Assembly (NCBI GenBank): GCA_964057225.1
Contig: OZ059896.1
Location: forward strand, 19,530,001-19,594,000
Length of the DNA stretch: 64,000 nt
Source of the DNA: Auanema rhodensis
Taxonomy: Eukaryota; Animalia; Nematoda
Direction: 5' to 3'
The notes below the pieces were generated by a model. The model saw nothing but the letters and a program-made list of their open reading frames with translations, was not told where the DNA came from and did not search any database. A program made the translations under genes and the position numbers. Positions 10,883 through 24,900 of this stretch are shown here, piece after piece (the stretch's first letter is position 1; the number at the start of each line of letters is the position of its first letter).

Positions 10883-13800
10883 AAAATCCGCATCGAATGC
10901 ACTATACTACATTGAGAAACGTTTAATACAAGAATTAGTTATGATCGTTTGAAAAATGATGCATTAGTGTATGTTGAGTTTCCATGTACACTCAACATTG
11001 CTTCCAAAAACATTTTGACAAAAATTTTTTCGAAAAATTTCAAAATAATTTAGCAAAAAGTAGATGTTTTTAGATTCCATTTTTCAAGGCAAAGACGATG
11101 GACAATGTTATTCAACGAAAAAACTAATTCTTCAGGGTGAAAATCGAGGATATAAGTGTGAACTTATATCAGTTGATATATCGGTGCATTTTTAAGCTAG
11201 CGCAAATCTGATAACACAGATCGACGCAGCTTAAAAATCCGCATCGAATGCACTATACTACATTGAGAAACGCTTAATACAAAAATTAGTTATGATCGTT
11301 TGAAAAATGATGCATTAGTGTATGTTGAGTTTCCATGTACACTCAACATTGCTTCCAAAAACATTTTGACAAAAATTTTTTCGAAAAATTTCTAAATAAT
11401 TTAGCAAAAAGTAGATGTTTTTAGATTCTTTTTTTCAAGGCAAAGACGATGGACAATGTTATTCAACGAAAAAATTAATTCTTCAGGGTGAAAATCGAGG
11501 ATATAAGTGTGAACTTATATCAGTTGATATCTCGGTGCATTTTTAAGCTAGCGCAAATCTGATAACACAGATCGACGCAGCTTAAAAATCCGCATCGAAT
11601 GCACTATACTACATTGAGAAACGCTTAATACAAAAATTAGTTATGATCGTTTGAAAAATGATGCATTAGTGTATGTTGAGTTTCCATGTACACTCAACAT
11701 TGCTTCCAAAAACATTTTGACAAAAATTTTTTCGAAAAATTTCAAAATAATTTAGCAAAAAGTAGATGTTTTTAGATTCCTTTTTTCAAGGCAATGACGA
11801 TGGACAATGTTATTCAACGAAAAAATTAATTCTTCAGGGTGAAAATCGAGGATATAAGTGTGAACTTATATCAGTTGATATATCGGTGCATTTTTAAGCT
11901 AGCGCAAATCTGATAACACAGATCGACGCAGCTTAAAAATCCGCATCGAATGCACTATACTACATTGAGAAACGCTTAATACAAAAATTAGTTATGATCG
12001 TTTGAAAAATGATGCATTAGTGTATGTTGAGTTTCCATGTACACTCAACATTGCTTCCAAAAACATTTTGACAAAAATTTTTTCGAAAAATTTCTAGATA
12101 ATTTAGCAAAAAGTAGATGTTTTTAAATTCTTTTTTTCAAGGCAAAGACGATGGACAATGTTATTCAACGAAAAAATTAATTCTTCAGGGTGAAAATCGA
12201 GGATATAAGTGTGAACTTATATCAGTTGATATATCGGTGCATTTTTAAGCTAGCGCAAATCTGATAACACAGATCGACGCAGCTTAAAAATCCGCATCGA
12301 ATGCACTATACTACATTGAGAAACGCTTGATACAAAAATTAGTTATGATCGTTTGAAAAATGATGCATTAGTGTATGTTGAGTTTCCATGTACACTCAAC
12401 ATTGCTTCCAAAAACATTTTGACAAAAATTTTTTCGAAAAATTTCTAAATAATTTAGCAAAAAGTAGATGTTTTTAGATTTTTTTTTTCAAGGCAAAGAC
12501 GATGGACAATGTTATTCAACGAAAAAATTAATTCTTCAGGGTGAAAATCGAGGATATAAGTGTGAACTTATATCAGTTGATATATCGGTGCATTTTTAAG
12601 CTAGCGCAAATCTGATAACACAGATCGACGCAGCTTAAAAATCCGCATCGAATGCACTATACTACATTGAGAAACGCTTGATACAAAAATTAGTTATGAT
12701 CGTTTGAAAAATGATGCATTAGTGTATGTTGAGTTTCCATGTACACTCAACATTGCTTCCAAAAACATTTTGACAAAAATTTTTTCGAAAAATTTCTAAA
12801 TAATTTAGCAAAAAGTAGATGTTTTTAGATTCTTTTTTTCAAGGCAAAGACGATGGACAATGTTATTCAACGAAAAAATTAATTCTTCAGGGTGAAAATC
12901 GAGGATATAAGTGTGAACTTATATCAGTTGATATCTCGGTGCATTTTTAAGCTAGCGCAAATCTGATAACACAGATCGACGCAGCTTAAAAATCCGCATC
13001 GAATGCACTATACTACATTGAGAAACGTTTAATACAAGAATTAGTTATGATCGTTTGAAAAATGATGCATTAGTGTATGTTGAGTTTCCATGTACACTCA
13101 ACATTGCTTCCAAAAACATTTTGACAAAAATTTTTTCGAAAAATTTCAAAATAATTTAGCAAAAAGTAGATGTTTTTAGATTCCATTTTTCAAGGCAAAG
13201 ACGATGGACAATGTTATTCAACGAAAAAACTAATTCTTCAGGGTGAAAATCGAGGATATAAGTGTGAACTTATATCAGTTGATATATCGGTGCATTTTTA
13301 AGCTAGCGCAAATCTGATAACACAGATCGACGCAGCTTAAAAATCCGCATCGAATGCACTATACTACATTGAGAAACGCTTAATACAAAAATTAGTTATG
13401 ATCGTTTGAAAAATGATGCATTAGTGTATGTTGAGTTTCCATGTACACTCAACATTGCTTCCAAAAACATTTTGACAAAAATTTTTTCGAAAAATTTCTA
13501 AATAATTTAGCAAAAAGTAGATGTTTTTAGATTCTTTTTTTCAAGGCAAAGACGATGGACAAAGTTATTCAACGAAAAAATTAATTCTTCAGGGTGAAAA
13601 TCGAGGATATAAGTGTGAACTTATATCAGTTGATATCTCGGTGCATTTTTAAGCTAGCGCAAATCTGATAACACAGATCGACGCAGCTTAAAAATCCGCA
13701 TCGAATGCACTATACTACATTGAGAAACGCTTAATACAAAAATTAGTTATGATCGTTTGAAAAATGATGCATTAGTGTATGTTGAGTTTCCATGTACACT

Positions 13801-15094
13801 CAACATTGCTTCCAAAAACATTTTGACAAAAATTTTTTCGAAAAATTTCAAAATAATTTAGCAAAAAGTAGATGTTTTTAGATTCCTTTTTTCAAGGCAA
13901 TGACGATGGACAATGTTATTCAACGAAAAAATTAATTCTTCAGGGTGAAAATCGAGGATATAAGTGTGAACTTATATCAGTTGATATATCGGTGCATTTT
14001 TAAGCTAGCGCAAATCTGATAACACAGATCGACGCAGCTTAAAAATCCGCATCGAATGCACTATACTACATTGAGAAACGCTTAATACAAAAATTAGTTA
14101 TGATCGTTTGAAAAATGATGCATTAGTGTATGTTGAGTTTCCATGTACACTCAACATTGCTTCCAAAAACATTTTGACAAAAATTTTTTCGAAAAATTTC
14201 TAGATAATTTAGCAAAAAGTAGATGTTTTTAAATTCTTTTTTTCAAGGCAAAGACGATGGACAATGTTATTCAACGAAAAAATTAATTCTTCAGGGTGAA
14301 AATCGAGGATATAAGTGTGAACTTATATCAGTTGATATATCGGTGCATTTTTAAGCTAGCGCAAATCTGATAACACAGATCGACGCAGCTTAAAAATCCG
14401 CATCGAATGCACTATACTACATTGAGAAACGCTTGATACAAAAATTAGTTATGATCGTTTGAAAAATGATGCATTAGTGTATGTTGAGTTTCCATGTACA
14501 CTCAACATTGCTTCCAAAAACATTTTGACAAAAATTTTTTCGAAAAATTTCTAAATAATTTAGCAAAAAGTAGATGTTTTTAGATTCTTTTTTTCAAGGC
14601 AAAGACGATGGACAATGTTATTCAACGAAAAAATTAATTCTTCAGGGTGAAAATCGAGGATATAAGTGTGAACTTATATCAGTTGATATATCGGTGCATT
14701 TTTAAGCTAGCGCAAATCTGATAACACAGATCGACGCAGCTTAAAAATCCGCATCGAATGCACTATACTACATTGAGAAACGCTTGATACAAAAATTAGT
14801 TATGATCGTTTGAAAAATGATGCATTAGTGTATGTTGAGTTTCCATGTACACTCAACATTGCTTCCAAAAACATTTTGACAAAAATTTTTTCGAAAAATT
14901 TCTAAATAATTTAGCAAAAAGTAGATGTTTTTAGATTCTTTTTTTCAAGGCAAAGACGATGGACAATGTTATTCAACGAAAAAATTAATTCTTCAGGGTG
15001 AAAATCGAGGATATAAGTGTGAACTTATATCAGTTGATATCTCGGTGCATTTTTAAGCTAGCGCAAATCTGATAACACAGATCGACGCAGCTTA
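10883..15094. repeat. 6-mer higher-order repeat (A'-B-C-D'-H'-H) x2, 2106-bp period
   Basis: The rare p242C variant (AAAACTAAT) is in the monomers at 10883 and 12989, each followed by the same five haplotypes. Confidence 0.88.
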
Positions 15095-16147
15095 AAAATC
15101 CGCATCGAATGCACTATACTACATTGAGAAACGTTTAATACAAGAATTAGTTATGATCGTTTGAAAAATGATGCATTAGTGTATGTTGAGTTTCCATGTA
15201 CACTCAACATTGCTTCCAAAAACATTTTGACAAAAATTTTTTCGAAAAATTTCTAGATAATTTAGCAAAAAGTAGATGTTTTTAAATTCTTTTTTTCAAG
15301 GCAAAGACGATGGACAATGTTATTCAACGAAAAAATTAATTCTTCAGGGTGAAAATCGAGGATATAAGTGTGAACTTATATCAGTTGATATATCGGTGCA
15401 TTTTTAAGCTAGCGCAAATCTGATAACACAGATCGACGCAGCTTAAAAATCCGCATCGAATGCACTATACTACATTGAGAAACGCTTGATACAAAAATTA
15501 GTTATGATCGTTTGAAAAATGATGCATTAGTGTATGTTGAGTTTCCATGTACACTCAACATTGCTTCCAAAAACATTTTGACAAAAATTTTTTCGAAAAA
15601 TTTCTAAATAATTTAGCAAAAAGTAGATGTTTTTAGATTCTTTTTTTCAAGGCAAAGACGATGGACAATGTTATTCAACGAAAAAATTAATTCTTCAGGG
15701 TGAAAATCGAGGATATAAGTGTGAACTTATATCAGTTGATATATCGGTGCATTTTTAAGCTAGCGCAAATCTGATAACACAGATCGACGCAGCTTAAAAA
15801 TCCGCATCGAATGCACTATACTACATTGAGAAACGCTTGATACAAAAATTAGTTATGATCGTTTGAAAAATGATGCATTAGTGTATGTTGAGTTTCCATG
15901 TACACTCAACATTGCTTCCAAAAACATTTTGACAAAAATTTTTTCGAAAAATTTCTAAATAATTTAGCAAAAAGTAGATGTTTTTAGATTCTTTTTTTCA
16001 AGGCAAAGACGATGGACAATGTTATTCAACGAAAAAATTAATTCTTCAGGGTGAAAATCGAGGATATAAGTGTGAACTTATATCAGTTGATATCTCGGTG
16101 CATTTTTAAGCTAGCGCAAATCTGATAACACAGATCGACGCAGCTTA

Positions 16148-18955
16148 AAAATCCGCATCGAATGCACTATACTACATTGAGAAACGTTTAATACAAGAAT
16201 TAGTTATGATCGTTTGAAAAATGATGCATTAGTGTATGTTGAGTTTCCATGTACACTCAACATTGCTTCCAAAAACATTTTGACAAAAATTTTTTCGAAA
16301 AATTTCAAAATAATTTAGCAAAAAGTAGATGTTTTTAGATTCCATTTTTCAAGGCAAAAACGATGGACAATGTTATTCAACGAAAAAACTAATTCTTCAG
16401 GGTGAAAATCGAGGATATAAGTGTGAACTTATATCAGTTGATATATCGGTGCATTTTTAAGCTAGCGCAAATCTGATAACACAGATCGACGCAGCTTAAA
16501 AATCCGCATCGAATGCACTATACTACATTGAGAAACGCTTAATACAAAAATTAGTTATGATCGTTTGAAAAATGATGCATTAGTGTATGTTGAGTTTCCA
16601 TGTACACTCAACATTGCTTCCAAAAACATTTTGACAAAAATTTTTTCGAAAAATTTCTAAATAATTTAGCAAAAAGTAGATGTTTTTAGATTCTTTTTTT
16701 CAAGGCAAAGACGATGGACAATGTTATTCAACGAAAAAATTAATTCTTCAGGGTGAAAATCGAGGATATAAGTGTGAACTTATATCAGTTGATATATCGG
16801 TGCATTTTTAAGCTAGCGCAAATCTGATAACACAGATCGACGCAGCTTAAAAATCCGCATCGAATGCACTATACTACATTGAGAAACGTTTAATACAAGA
16901 ATTAGTTATGATCGTTTGAAAAATGATGCATTAGTGTATGTTGAGTTTCCATGTACACTCAACATTGCTTCCAAAAACATTTTGACAAAAATTTTTTCGA
17001 AAAATTTCTAGATAATTTAGCAAAAAGTAGATGTTTTTAAATTCTTTTTTTCAAGGCAAAGACGATGGACAATGTTATTCAACGAAAAAATTAATTCTTC
17101 AGGGTGAAAATCGAGGATATAAGTGTGAACTTATATCAGTTGATATATCGGTGCATTTTTAAGCTAGCGCAAATCTGATAACACAGATCGACGCAGCTTA
17201 AAAATCCGCATCGAATGCACTATACTACATTGAGAAACGCTTGATACAAAAATTAGTTATGATCGTTTGAAAAATGATGCATTAGTGTATGTTGAGTTTC
17301 CATGTACACTCAACATTGCTTCCAAAAACATTTTGACAAAAATTTTTTCGAAAAATTTCTAAATAATTTAGCAAAAAGTAGATGTTTTTAGATTCTTTTT
17401 TTCAAGGCAAAGACGATGGACAATGTTATTCAACGAAAAAATTAATTCTTCAGGGTGAAAATCGAGGATATAAGTGTGAACTTATATCAGTTGATATCTC
17501 GGTGCATTTTTAAGCTAGCGCAAATCTGATAACACAGATCGACGCAGCTTAAAAATCCGCATCGAATGCACTATACTACATTGAGAAACGTTTAATACAA
17601 GAATTAGTTATGATCGTTTGAAAAATGATGCATTAGTGTATGTTGAGTTTCCATGTACACTCAACATTGCTTCCAAAAACATTTTGACAAAAATTTTTTC
17701 GAAAAATTTCAAAATAATTTAGCAAAAAGTAGATGTTTTTAGATTCCATTTTTCAAGGCAAAAACGATGGACAATGTTATTCAACGAAAAAACTAATTCT
17801 TCAGGGTGAAAATCGAGGATATAAGTGTGAACTTATATCAGTTGATATATCGGTGCATTTTTAAGCTAGCGCAAATCTGATAACACAGATCGACGCAGCT
17901 TAAAAATCCGCATCGAATGCACTATACTACATTGAGAAACGCTTAATACAAAAATTAGTTATGATCGTTTGAAAAATGATGCATTAGTGTATGTTGAGTT
18001 TCCATGTACACTCAACATTGCTTCCAAAAACATTTTGACAAAAATTTTTTCGAAAAATTTCTAAATAATTTAGCAAAAAGTAGATGTTTTTAGATTCTTT
18101 TTTTCAAGGCAAAGACGATGGACAATGTTATTCAACGAAAAAATTAATTCTTCAGGGTGAAAATCGAGGATATAAGTGTGAACTTATATCAGTTGATATA
18201 TCGGTGCATTTTTAAGCTAGCGCAAATCTGATAACACAGATCGACGCAGCTTAAAAATCCGCATCGAATGCACTATACTACATTGAGAAACGTTTAATAC
18301 AAGAATTAGTTATGATCGTTTGAAAAATGATGCATTAGTGTATGTTGAGTTTCCATGTACACTCAACATTGCTTCCAAAAACATTTTGACAAAAATTTTT
18401 TCGAAAAATTTCTAGATAATTTAGCAAAAAGTAGATGTTTTTAAATTCTTTTTTTCAAGGCAAAGACGATGGACAATGTTATTCAACGAAAAAATTAATT
18501 CTTCAGGGTGAAAATCGAGGATATAAGTGTGAACTTATATCAGTTGATATATCGGTGCATTTTTAAGCTAGCGCAAATCTGATAACACAGATCGACGCAG
18601 CTTAAAAATCCGCATCGAATGCACTATACTACATTGAGAAACGCTTGATACAAAAATTAGTTATGATCGTTTGAAAAATGATGCATTAGTGTATGTTGAG
18701 TTTCCATGTACACTCAACATTGCTTCCAAAAACATTTTGACAAAAATTTTTTCGAAAAATTTCTAAATAATTTAGCAAAAAGTAGATGTTTTTAGATTCT
18801 TTTTTTCAAGGCAAAGACGATGGACAATGTTATTCAACGAAAAAATTAATTCTTCAGGGTGAAAATCGAGGATATAAGTGTGAACTTATATCAGTTGATA
18901 TCTCGGTGCATTTTTAAGCTAGCGCAAATCTGATAACACAGATCGACGCAGCTTA
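16148..18955. repeat. 4-mer higher-order repeat x2, 1404-bp period
   Basis: A p212A+p242C monomer lies at 16148 and 17552, each followed by B, the A/D chimera and H. Confidence 0.88.
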
Positions 18956-21900
18956 AAAATCCGCATCGAATGCACTATACTACATTGAGAAACGTTTAAT
19001 ACAAGAATTAGTTATGATCGTTTGAAAAATGATGCATTAGTGTATGTTGAGTTTCCATGTACACTCAACATTGCTTCCAAAAACATTTTGACAAAAATTT
19101 TTTCGAAAAATTTCAAAATAATTTAGCAAAAAGTAGATGTTTTTAGATTTCATTTTTCAAGGCAAAGACGATGGACAATGTTATTCAACGAAAAAATTAA
19201 TTCTTCAGGGTGAAAATCGAGGATATAATTGTGAACTTATATCAGTTGATATATCGGTGCATTTTTAAGCTAGCGCAAATCTGATAACACAGATCGACGC
19301 AGCTTAAAAATCCGCATCGAATGCACTATACTACATTGAGAAACGCTTAATACAAAAATTAGTTATGATCGTTTGAAAAATGATGCATTAGTGTATGTTG
19401 AGTTTCCATGTACACTCAACATTGCTTCCAAAAACATTTTGACAAAAATTTTTTCGAAAAATTTCTAAATAATTTAGCAAAAAGTAGATGTTTTTAGATT
19501 CTTTTTTTCAAGGCAAAGACGATGGACAATGTTATTCAACGAAAAAATTAATTCTTCAGGGTGAAAATCGAGGATATAAGTGTGAACTTATATCAGTTGA
19601 TATCTCGGTGCATTTTTAAGCTAGCGCAAATCTGATAACACAGATCGACGCAGCTTAAAAATCCGCATCGAATGCACTATACTACATTGAGAAACGCTTA
19701 ATACAAAAATTAGTTATGATCGTTTGAAAAATGATGCATTAGTGTATGTTGAGTTTCCATGTACACTCAACATTGCTTCCAAAAACATTTTGACAAAAAT
19801 TTTTTCGAAAAATTTCAAAATAATTTAGCAAAAAGTAGATGTTTTTAGATTCCTTTTTTCAAGGCAATGACGATGGACAATGTTATTCAACGAAAAAATT
19901 AATTCTTCAGGGTGAAAATCGAGGATATAAGTGTGAACTTATATCAGTTGATATATCGGTGCATTTTTAAGCTAGCGCAAATCTGATAACACAGATCGAC
20001 GCAGCTTAAAAATCCGCATCGAATGCACTATACTACATTGAGAAACGCTTAATACAAAAATTAGTTATGATCGTTTGAAAAATGATGCATTAGTGTATGT
20101 TGAGTTTCCATGTACACTCAACATTGCTTCCAAAAACATTTTGACAAAAATTTTTTCGAAAAATTTCTAGATAATTTAGCAAAAAGTAGATGTTTTTAAA
20201 TTCTTTTTTTCAAGGCAAAGACGATGGACAATGTTATTCAACGAAAAAATTAATTCTTCAGGGTGAAAATCGAGGATATAAGTGTGAACTTATATCAGTT
20301 GATATCTCGGTGCATTTTTAAGCTAGCGCAAATCTGATAACACAGATCGACGCAGCTTAAAAATCCGCATCGAATGCACTATACTACATTGAGAAACGCT
20401 TAATACAAAAATTAGTTATGATCGTTTGAAAAATGATGCATTAGTGTATGTTGAGTTTCCATGTACACTCAACATTGCTTCCAAAAACATTTTGACAAAA
20501 ATTTTTTCGAAAAATTTCAAAATAATTTAGCAAAAAGTAGATGTTTTTAGATTCCTTTTTTCAAGGCAAAGACGATGGACAATGTTATTCAACGAAAAAA
20601 TTAATTCTTCAGGGTGAAAATCGAGGATATAAGTGTGAACTTATATCAGTTGATATCTCGGTGCATTTTTAAGCTAGCGCAAATCTGATAACACAGATCG
20701 ACGCAGCTTAAAAATCCGCATCGAATGCACTATACTACATTGAGGAACGCTTAATACAAGAATTAGTTATGATCGTTTGAAAAATGATGCATTAGTGTAT
20801 GTTGAGTTTCCATGTACACTCAACATTGCTTCCAAAAACATTTTGACAAAAAATTTTTCGAAAAATTTCAAAATAATTTAGCAAAAAGTAGATGTTTTTA
20901 GATTCCTTTTTTCAAGGCAAAGACGATGGACAATGTTATTCAACGAAAAAATTAATTCTTCAGGGTGAAAATCGAGGATATAAGTGTGAACTTATATCAG
21001 TTGATATATCGGTGCATTTTTAAGCTAGCGCAAATCTGATAACACAGATCGACGCAGCTTAAAAATCCGCATCGAATGCACTATACTACATTGAGAAACG
21101 CTTAATACAAAAATTAGTTATGATCGTTTGAAAAATGATGCATTAGTGTATGTTGAGTTTCCATGTACACTCAACATTGCTTCCAAAAACATTTTGACAA
21201 AAATTTTTTCGAAAAATTTCAAAATAATTTAGCAAAAAGTAGATGTTTTTAGATTCCTTTTTTCAAGGCAATGACGATGGACAATGTTATTCAACGAAAA
21301 AATTAATTCTTCAGGGTGAAAATCGAGGATATAAGTGTGAACTTATATCAGTTGATATATCGGTGCATTTTTAAGCTAGCGCAAATCTGATAACACAGAT
21401 CGACGCAGCTTAAAAATCCGCATCGAATGCACTATACTACATTGAGAAACGCTTAATACAAAAATTAGTTATGATCGTTTGAAAAATGATGCATTAGTGT
21501 ATGTTGAGTTTCCATGTACACTCAACATTGCTTCCAAAAACATTTTGACAAAAATTTTTTCGAAAAATTTCTAGATAATTTAGCAAAAAGTAGATGTTTT
21601 TAAATTCTTTTTTTCAAGGCAAAGACGATGGACAATGTTATTCAACGAAAAAATTAATTCTTCAGGGTGAAAATCGAGGATATAAGTGTGAACTTATATC
21701 AGTTGATATCTCGGTGCATTTTTAAGCTAGCGCAAATCTGATAACACAGATCGACGCAGCTTAAAAATCCGCATCGAATGCACTATACTACATTGAGAAA
21801 CGCTTAATACAAAAATTAGTTATGATCGTTTGAAAAATGATGCATTAGTGTATGTTGAGTTTCCATGTACACTCAACATTGCTTCCAAAAACATTTTGAC

Positions 21901-24900
21901 AAAAATTTTTTCGAAAAATTTCTAGATAATTTAGCAAAAAGTAGATGTTTTTAAATTCTTTTTTTCAAGGCAAAGACGATGGACAATGTTATTCAACGAA
22001 AAAATTAATTCTTCAGGGTGAAAATCGAGGATATAAGTGTGAACTTATATCAGTTGATATCTCGGTGCATTTTTAAGCTAGCGCAAATCTGATAACACAG
22101 ATCGACGCAGCTTAAAAATCCGCATCGAATGCACTATACTACATTGAGAAACGCTTAATACAAAAATTAGTTATGATCGTTTGAAAAATGATGCATTAGT
22201 GTATGTTGAGTTTCCATGTACACTCAACATTGCTTCCAAAAACATTTTGACAAAAATTTTTTCGAAAAATTTCAAAATAATTTAGCAAAAAGTAGATGTT
22301 TTTAGATTCCTTTTTTCAAGGCAAAGACGATGGACAATGTTATTCAACGAAAAAATTAATTCTTCAGGGTGAAAATCGAGGATATAAGTGTGAACTTATA
22401 TCAGTTGATATCTCGGTGCATTTTTAAGCTAGCGCAAATCTGATAACACAGATCGACGCAGCTTAAAAATCCGCATCGAATGCACTATACTACATTGAGA
22501 AACGCTTAATACAAAAATTAGTTATGATCGTTTGAAAAATGATGCATTAGTGTATGTTGAGTTTCCATGTACACTCAACATTGCTTCCAAAAACATTTTG
22601 ACAAAAATTTTTTCGAAAAATTTCAAAATAATTTAGCAAAAAGTAGATGTTTTTAGATTCCTTTTTTCAAGGCAAAGACGATGGACAATGTTATTCAACG
22701 AAAAAATTAATTCTTCAGGGTGAAAATCGAGGATATAAGTGTGAACTTATATCAGTTGATATCTCGGTGCATTTTTAAGCTAGCGCAAATCTGATAACAC
22801 AGATCGACGCAGCTTAAAAATCCGCATCGAATGCACTATACTACATTGAGGAACGCTTAATACAAGAATTAGTTATGATCGTTTGAAAAATGATGCATTA
22901 GTGTATGTTGAGTTTCCATGTACACTCAACATTGCTTCCAAAAACATTTTGACAAAAAATTTTTCGAAAAATTTCAAAATAATTTAGCAAAAAGTAGATG
23001 TTTTTAGATTCCTTTTTTCAAGGCAAAGACGATGGACAATGTTATTCAACGAAAAAATTAATTCTTCAGGGTGAAAATCGAGGATATAAGTGTGAACTTA
23101 TATCAGTTGATATATCGGTGCATTTTTAAGCTAGCGCAAATCTGATAACACAGATCGACGCAGCTTAAAAATCCGCATCGAATGCACTATACTACATTGA
23201 GAAACGCTTAATACAAAAATTAGTTATGATCGTTTGAAAAATGATGCATTAGTGTATGTTGAGTTTCCATGTACACTCAACATTGCTTCCAAAAACATTT
23301 TGACAAAAATTTTTTCGAAAAATTTCTAGATAATTTAGCAAAAAGTAGATGTTTTTAAATTCTTTTTTTCAAGGCAAAGACAATGGACAATGTTATTCAA
23401 CGAAAAAATTAATTCTTCAGGGTGAAAATCGAGGATATAAGTGTGAACTTATATCAGTTGATATCTCGGTGCATTTTTAAGCTAGCGCAAATCTGATAAC
23501 ACAGATCGACGCAGCTTAAAAATCCGCATCGAATGCACTATACTACATTGAGGAACGCTTAATACAAGAATTAGTTATGATCGTTTGAAAAATGATGCAT
23601 TAGTGTATGTTGAGTTTCCATGTACACTCAACATTGCTTCCAAAAACATTTTGACAAAAAATTTTTCGAAAAATTTCAAAATAATTTAGCAAAAAGTAGA
23701 TGTTTTTAGATTCCTTTTTTCAAGGCAAAGACGATGGACAATGTTATTCAACGAAAAAATTAATTCTTCAGGGTGAAAATCGAGGATATAAGTGTGAACT
23801 TATATCAGTTGATATATCGGTGCATTTTTAAGCTAGCGCAAATCTGATAACACAGATCAACGCAGCTTAAAAATCCGCATCGAATGCACTATACTACATT
23901 GAGAAACGCTTAATACAAAAATTAGTTATGATCGTTTGAAAAATGATGCATTAGTGTATGTTGAGTTTCCATGTACACTCAACATTGCTTCCAAAAACAT
24001 TTTGACAAAAATTTTTTCGAAAAATTTCAAAATAATTTAGCAAAAAGTAGATGTTTTTAGATTCCTTTTTTCAAGGCAATGACGATGGACAATGTTATTC
24101 AACGAAAAAATTAATTCTTCAGGGTGAAAATCGAGGATATAAGTGTGAACTTATATCAGTTGATATATCGGTGCATTTTTAAGCTAGCGCAAATCTGATA
24201 ACACAGATCGACGCAGCTTAAAAATCCGCATCGAATGCACTATACTACATTGAGAAACGCTTAATACAAAAATTAGTTATGATCGTTTGAAAAATGATGC
24301 ATTAGTGTATGTTGAGTTTCCATGTACACTCAACATTGCTTCCAAAAACATTTTGACAAAAATTTTTTCAAAAAATTTCAAAATAATTTAGCAAAAAGTA
24401 GATGTTTTTAGATTTCTTTTTTCAAGGCAAAGACGATGGACAATGTTATTCAACGAAAAAATTAATTCTTCAGGGTGAAAATCGAGGATATAAGTGTGAA
24501 CTTATATCAGTTGATATATCGGTGCATTTTTAAGCTAGCGCAAATCTGATAACACAGATCGACGCAGCTTAAAAATCCGCATCGAATGCACTATACTACA
24601 TTGAGAAACGCTTAATACAAAAATTAGTTATGATCGTTTGAAAAATGATGCATTAGTGTATGTTGAGTTTCCATGTACACTCAACATTGCTTCCAAAACA
24701 TTTTGACAAAAATTTTTTCGAAAAATTTCAGAATAATTTAGCAAAAAGTAGATGTTTTTAGATTCCTTTTTTCAAGGCAAAGACGATGGACAATGTTATT
24801 CAACGAAAAAATTAATTCTTCAGGGTGAAAATCGAGGATATAAGTGTGAACTTATATCAGTTGATATATCGGTGCATTTTTAAGCTAGCGCAAATCTGAT

